From Eubacteriales bacterium (GTDB lineage Bacteria; Bacillota; Clostridia; Oscillospirales; QAKW01): DNA of 56,090 nt. Positions 52,852 to 56,090 of the stretch are shown here, piece by piece. A program made the translations under genes and the position numbers. Location: assembly GCA_045612565.1 (NCBI GenBank), contig JAZKZG010000040.1, positions 1 to 56,090 of the forward strand, in the 5' to 3' direction. Each line of letters begins with the position of its first letter. Positions within the stretch are counted from its first letter, which is position 1. The notes below the pieces were generated by a model, which saw only the letters and a program-made list of their open reading frames with translations, was not told the origin of the DNA and made no database searches.

Positions 52852-53744
52852 TAAGAAAACTTGAATTTGATATAGACGAAAACTTTCACGGCAAAACTGT
52901 TCTTGTGTTTTTAAAGGCACAGGGGTTTTCGTCACGTATAATAAAAGATATAAAATATAATCCTCACGGAATACTTATCCGAAATAAAAAAGTAACAGTC
53001 CAAAAACAACTTAAGCGCGGTGACAAACTCACTGTCTATATCCGCGAAAAAGACGAAACGTCGGTAGTACCGCGTGAACTTCCGCTTGACATTGTTTACG
53101 AGGATCGTGACGTTATTGTTTGCAATAAACCGCCGTTTATGGCAACGCATCCTTCACAGGATAATTTTGATTCTACACTTGCCAACGCACTCGCATACTA
53201 TTTCAAACAAAAAAACGATGATTGCATAATCCGCTCGGTAAATCGACTTGACAAAAACACAAGCGGAATAATACTTGTTGCAAAAAACGCACTTGCGGCG
53301 GGGATTCTGTCGGATGATCTTCGCGAAAAAAAGATCAAGCGCGAGTATATTGCAATTGTCGAGGGCGATATTGAATGTGACGGCACCGTTGACGCGCCCA
53401 TTGCACGTGCCGAGAATTCGACTATAAAACGCTGTGTCGATTTTGAAAAAGGTGAGCGGGCGGTGACACACTATACCGTTTTAAAACGCGGACATGATTT
53501 TACGTGTATAAAATTGAATTTGGAAACAGGACGTACACATCAGATACGTGTACATATGTCGCACATCGGCCACGCAGTTGTGGGTGACTTTTTATACGGC
53601 ACCGAATTCTTAGGCGGAATAAACCGTCACGCACTTCACTCGGCAAATATAACTTTTACCCATCCCATAACAAAACAAACTATGTATTTTGAAGCACCGC
53701 TTCCAAAGGATATGGAGAAACTCAATGAAACTATTGGTATTTGA
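52848..53744 (+). CDS. RluA-family pseudouridine synthase
   Basis: S4-like N-terminus, IVYED..VIVCNKP, NRLDKNTSG (catalytic Asp), LETGRTHQIRVH, VGD.LYG and ALHS motifs. Confidence 0.93.
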   Translation: MIRKLEFDIDENFHGKTVLVFLKAQGFSSRIIKDIKYNPHGILIRNKKVTVQKQLKRGDKLTVYIREKDETSVVPRELPLDIVYEDRDVIVCNKPPFMATHPSQDNFDSTLANALAYYFKQKNDDCIIRSVNRLDKNTSGIILVAKNALAAGILSDDLREKKIKREYIAIVEGDIECDGTVDAPIARAENSTIKRCVDFEKGERAVTHYTVLKRGHDFTCIKLNLETGRTHQIRVHMSHIGHAVVGDFLYGTEFLGGINRHALHSANITFTHPITKQTMYFEAPLPKDMEKLNETIGI

Positions 53745-56058
53745 CGGCAACTCAATAATAAATCGCGCTTTTTATGCAATTAAAGCGCTCACCGCAAAAG
53801 ACGGCACACCCACCAATGCAATTTACGGATTTTTAAAACTGTATTTCAAGTATTTTGAAATGTCAAAGCCCGATATGGTTGCGGTGGCATTTGACGTACG
53901 CGCAAAAACTTTCCGTCATAAGATGTATGATGAGTATAAGGCAGGCCGCCACGCAATGCCCGATGAACTGGGCGTTCAGTTTGAGCCGCTCAAGGATATC
54001 CTTCGCGCAATGAACGTGTGCATTTATGAAAAAGAGGGTTATGAAGCCGACGATATAATCGGCACCCTTGCAAAATACTGTGACGATAACGGCCATACTT
54101 GTGACATCGTATCGGGTGACCGCGACGATTTTCAACTTGTATCGGACAGTGTGCGCGTCATTATGCCCGTTACCCGCGGTGGTATGTCAGAGGTTGAAAT
54201 AATCGATAAAGCGGCCATTTTTGAAAAATACGCCCTTGAACCCCGCGACCTTATACAGTTAAAGGCAATTATGGGTGACTCGTCAGATAACATCAAAGGT
54301 GTTGCCGGCATCGGCGAAAAAGGCGCTCTCGCACTTATTCAGAAATTTAAAACACTTGATAATATTTATGATAATCTCGATGACGCATCAATAAAGGCGG
54401 GTACACGTAAAAAACTCGAAGAAGGGCGTGACAGTGCGTATTTGTCGCTCGACCTTGCCAGAATATGCCTCGAAACCCCCATCGAAATCACCGATGAAAA
54501 AATGCTCGTGAGTGACTACGACCAAAAGACTCTCACCGAACTTTTTGACCGCTACTCGCTTAACGGTTTTTTAAAGTCATTCGGACTCGAATCGCGCCTT
54601 GAATACGTTGAGGCAAAAAACGTGTATGAGGCAAAAGCATCTGCACTTACAGAAGAGTTTAAAGAGCGAGGTCTTTACTTTTTGATTGATGACGGTAAGA
54701 TGTATGCCGATACAAAAGACGGCGTTGCGGTTGTTTGTGATTACACTTCACTGTTACTCGATAATTCAATACAAAAAACCACCTTTAAACCAAAAGAGAT
54801 ATATAAACAACTTTTAAAAGACGTTGCTGACATCGAGCCGTTTTATGATATCGAGGTGGCACAGTATGTTATTGACCCGTCGGTGTCGGAATATACCCTT
54901 AAAAATATTGCAAAAACGGTGCTTGATAAAAATCTGCCTGATGATAACTTTATTGCACCTGCGGTCACAATACTCAAAGAAATACGCGAAAATCAGCAGA
55001 ATAAATTAGACGAGTGCGACCAGAACGAACTTTTATATAATATCGAGTTTCCGCTTACGGTCGTTCTTGCCGATATGGAAAACTGTGGTTTTTCAGTTGA
55101 TAAAACCGCACTTATAAACTACTCCAAAAAACTCGAAACAAACATAACCGCACTCGAAAACCAGATTTATTTTCTGGCGGGTGAGGAGTTTAATATCAAT
55201 TCACCAAAGCAACTCGGAGTTATACTTTTTGAAAAAATGGGACTGCCCCATGGTAAAAAGACAAAGAGCGGATATTCGACCAATGCCGAGGTACTTGCAA
55301 AACTGTCGGGTGAACATCAGATTGTTGATTGCATACTTGAATACCGTCAGTATGTAAAACTTAAATCAACTTATTGCGACGGTCTGCTCGGTCTTATTGA
55401 CGAAAGCGGAAAAATACATTCGAGTTTTAATCAGACGGTAACGCAGACGGGACGCATATCATCAACCGAGCCTAATTTGCAGAACATTCCTGTTCGTACA
55501 CAACTCGGACGTGAGATGCGTGCGATGTTTGTGGCTGATGATGAAAATGTGCTTGTCGATGCCGACTATTCGCAGATAGAACTGCGTGTACTTGCACACA
55601 TTGCAGATGACGCCGTAATGCTTGACGCATTCAAAAACGGAGCTGATATCCATACCGTTACCGCGGCGGGTGTATTTGGCGTACCCGAGGATTTTGTGAC
55701 CGAAGAAATGCGTCGTATGGCAAAGGCGGTAAACTTTGGTATTGTTTACGGCATTTCTGATTTTTCACTTGCACAGGATATAAAAACTACCAAAAAACAG
55801 GCAAAACAGTATATTGATAACTATCTTGAAAAATACAGCGGTGTGCGTGAGTATATGAAAAACGTTGTGGAAAAGGCAAAAGAGGACGGCTATGTTACCA
55901 CTCTTGCCAACCGCAGACGCTATCTTCCCGAACTTGCATCTTCAAACTTCATAACACGCTCATTCGGCGAACGTGTGGCACTTAATACCCCAATTCAGGG
56001 AACTGCTGCCGACATAATCAAAATTGCAATGGTGAAAAGGGAACATCCTATAGTATAG
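53725..56058 (+). CDS. polA: DNA polymerase I, apparently truncated at the C-terminus (motif C missing)
   Basis: MKLLVFDGNS 5'-3' exonuclease domain; YEADD, GD.SDNI.GV.GIG.K, TGRISS.EPNLQNIP, ADYSQIELR, KAVNFGIVYG and NTPIQGTAADIIK motifs. Similarity stops after IAMVK. ATG 53725 follows GGAG. Confidence 0.93.
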   Translation: MKLLVFDGNSIINRAFYAIKALTAKDGTPTNAIYGFLKLYFKYFEMSKPDMVAVAFDVRAKTFRHKMYDEYKAGRHAMPDELGVQFEPLKDILRAMNVCIYEKEGYEADDIIGTLAKYCDDNGHTCDIVSGDRDDFQLVSDSVRVIMPVTRGGMSEVEIIDKAAIFEKYALEPRDLIQLKAIMGDSSDNIKGVAGIGEKGALALIQKFKTLDNIYDNLDDASIKAGTRKKLEEGRDSAYLSLDLARICLETPIEITDEKMLVSDYDQKTLTELFDRYSLNGFLKSFGLESRLEYVEAKNVYEAKASALTEEFKERGLYFLIDDGKMYADTKDGVAVVCDYTSLLLDNSIQKTTFKPKEIYKQLLKDVADIEPFYDIEVAQYVIDPSVSEYTLKNIAKTVLDKNLPDDNFIAPAVTILKEIRENQQNKLDECDQNELLYNIEFPLTVVLADMENCGFSVDKTALINYSKKLETNITALENQIYFLAGEEFNINSPKQLGVILFEKMGLPHGKKTKSGYSTNAEVLAKLSGEHQIVDCILEYRQYVKLKSTYCDGLLGLIDESGKIHSSFNQTVTQTGRISSTEPNLQNIPVRTQLGREMRAMFVADDENVLVDADYSQIELRVLAHIADDAVMLDAFKNGADIHTVTAAGVFGVPEDFVTEEMRRMAKAVNFGIVYGISDFSLAQDIKTTKKQAKQYIDNYLEKYSGVREYMKNVVEKAKEDGYVTTLANRRRYLPELASSNFITRSFGERVALNTPIQGTAADIIKIAMVKREHPIV

Positions 56059-56090
56059 TTGGTTTTAAAGATGAATTAATAATGCGTTAT

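Noticed and set aside
3644-53724. Longest-ORF starts at 3644, 5638, 15238, 16610, 26519, 36234, 39492, 46598, 48624 and 53689
   Set aside because: Downstream starts have proper SDs and family-typical N-termini, and several of the longer starts fall inside promoter elements or neighbouring genes.
634-55653. The many 60-185 aa ORFs nested in or antisense to the called genes
   Set aside because: They overlap well-supported CDSs, lack SDs and recognisable motifs, and are expected shadow ORFs.
1-56090. CRISPR arrays, tRNA/rRNA genes, transposases, integrases, prophage or known defence genes
   Set aside because: No regularly spaced repeats, cloverleafs or relevant protein motifs were seen by eye. 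Small or highly divergent elements could have been missed without tools.

Overview
A 56 kb chromosomal segment from a low-GC, anaerobic Bacillota/Clostridia-type bacterium, probably a gut or rumen Oscillospiraceae-like organism. That taxonomy is inferred from SLH proteins, sigma-A promoters, TrmK/RqcH and WalR-type boxes. The left half (~1-28 kb) is accessory and metabolic: a two-subunit Fe-S fumarase, several cytoplasmic glycoside hydrolases (GH78, GH28-like, GH127-like, an unclassified DEP-motif TIM barrel), NagA, bile salt hydrolase, MATE/MFS transporters, an LRR-SLH surface protein and a DUF1836-NfeD-flotillin operon. The right half is mostly housekeeping: a nucleoside ABC transporter plus xpt, an M23 hydrolase, PrsA, rlmD, birA, murA, trmL, trmK, nif3, rqcH, rluA and a C-terminally truncated polA at the window edge. 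I saw no rRNA, tRNA, CRISPR array, transposase or prophage. The two best candidates for undescribed biology are (1) a tightly coupled five-gene operon (8.8-12.9 kb) encoding a U32-family Fe-S protein, three paralogous QueG/reductive-dehalogenase-like cobalamin/2x[4Fe-4S] proteins lacking QueG/RdhA signatures, and a small cupin, and (2) a ~350-nt stand-alone structured transcript (22.55-22.90 kb) with its own promoter, terminator, possible antiterminator and three SD-led mini-ORFs. All calls come from reading motifs by eye; no searches were run.
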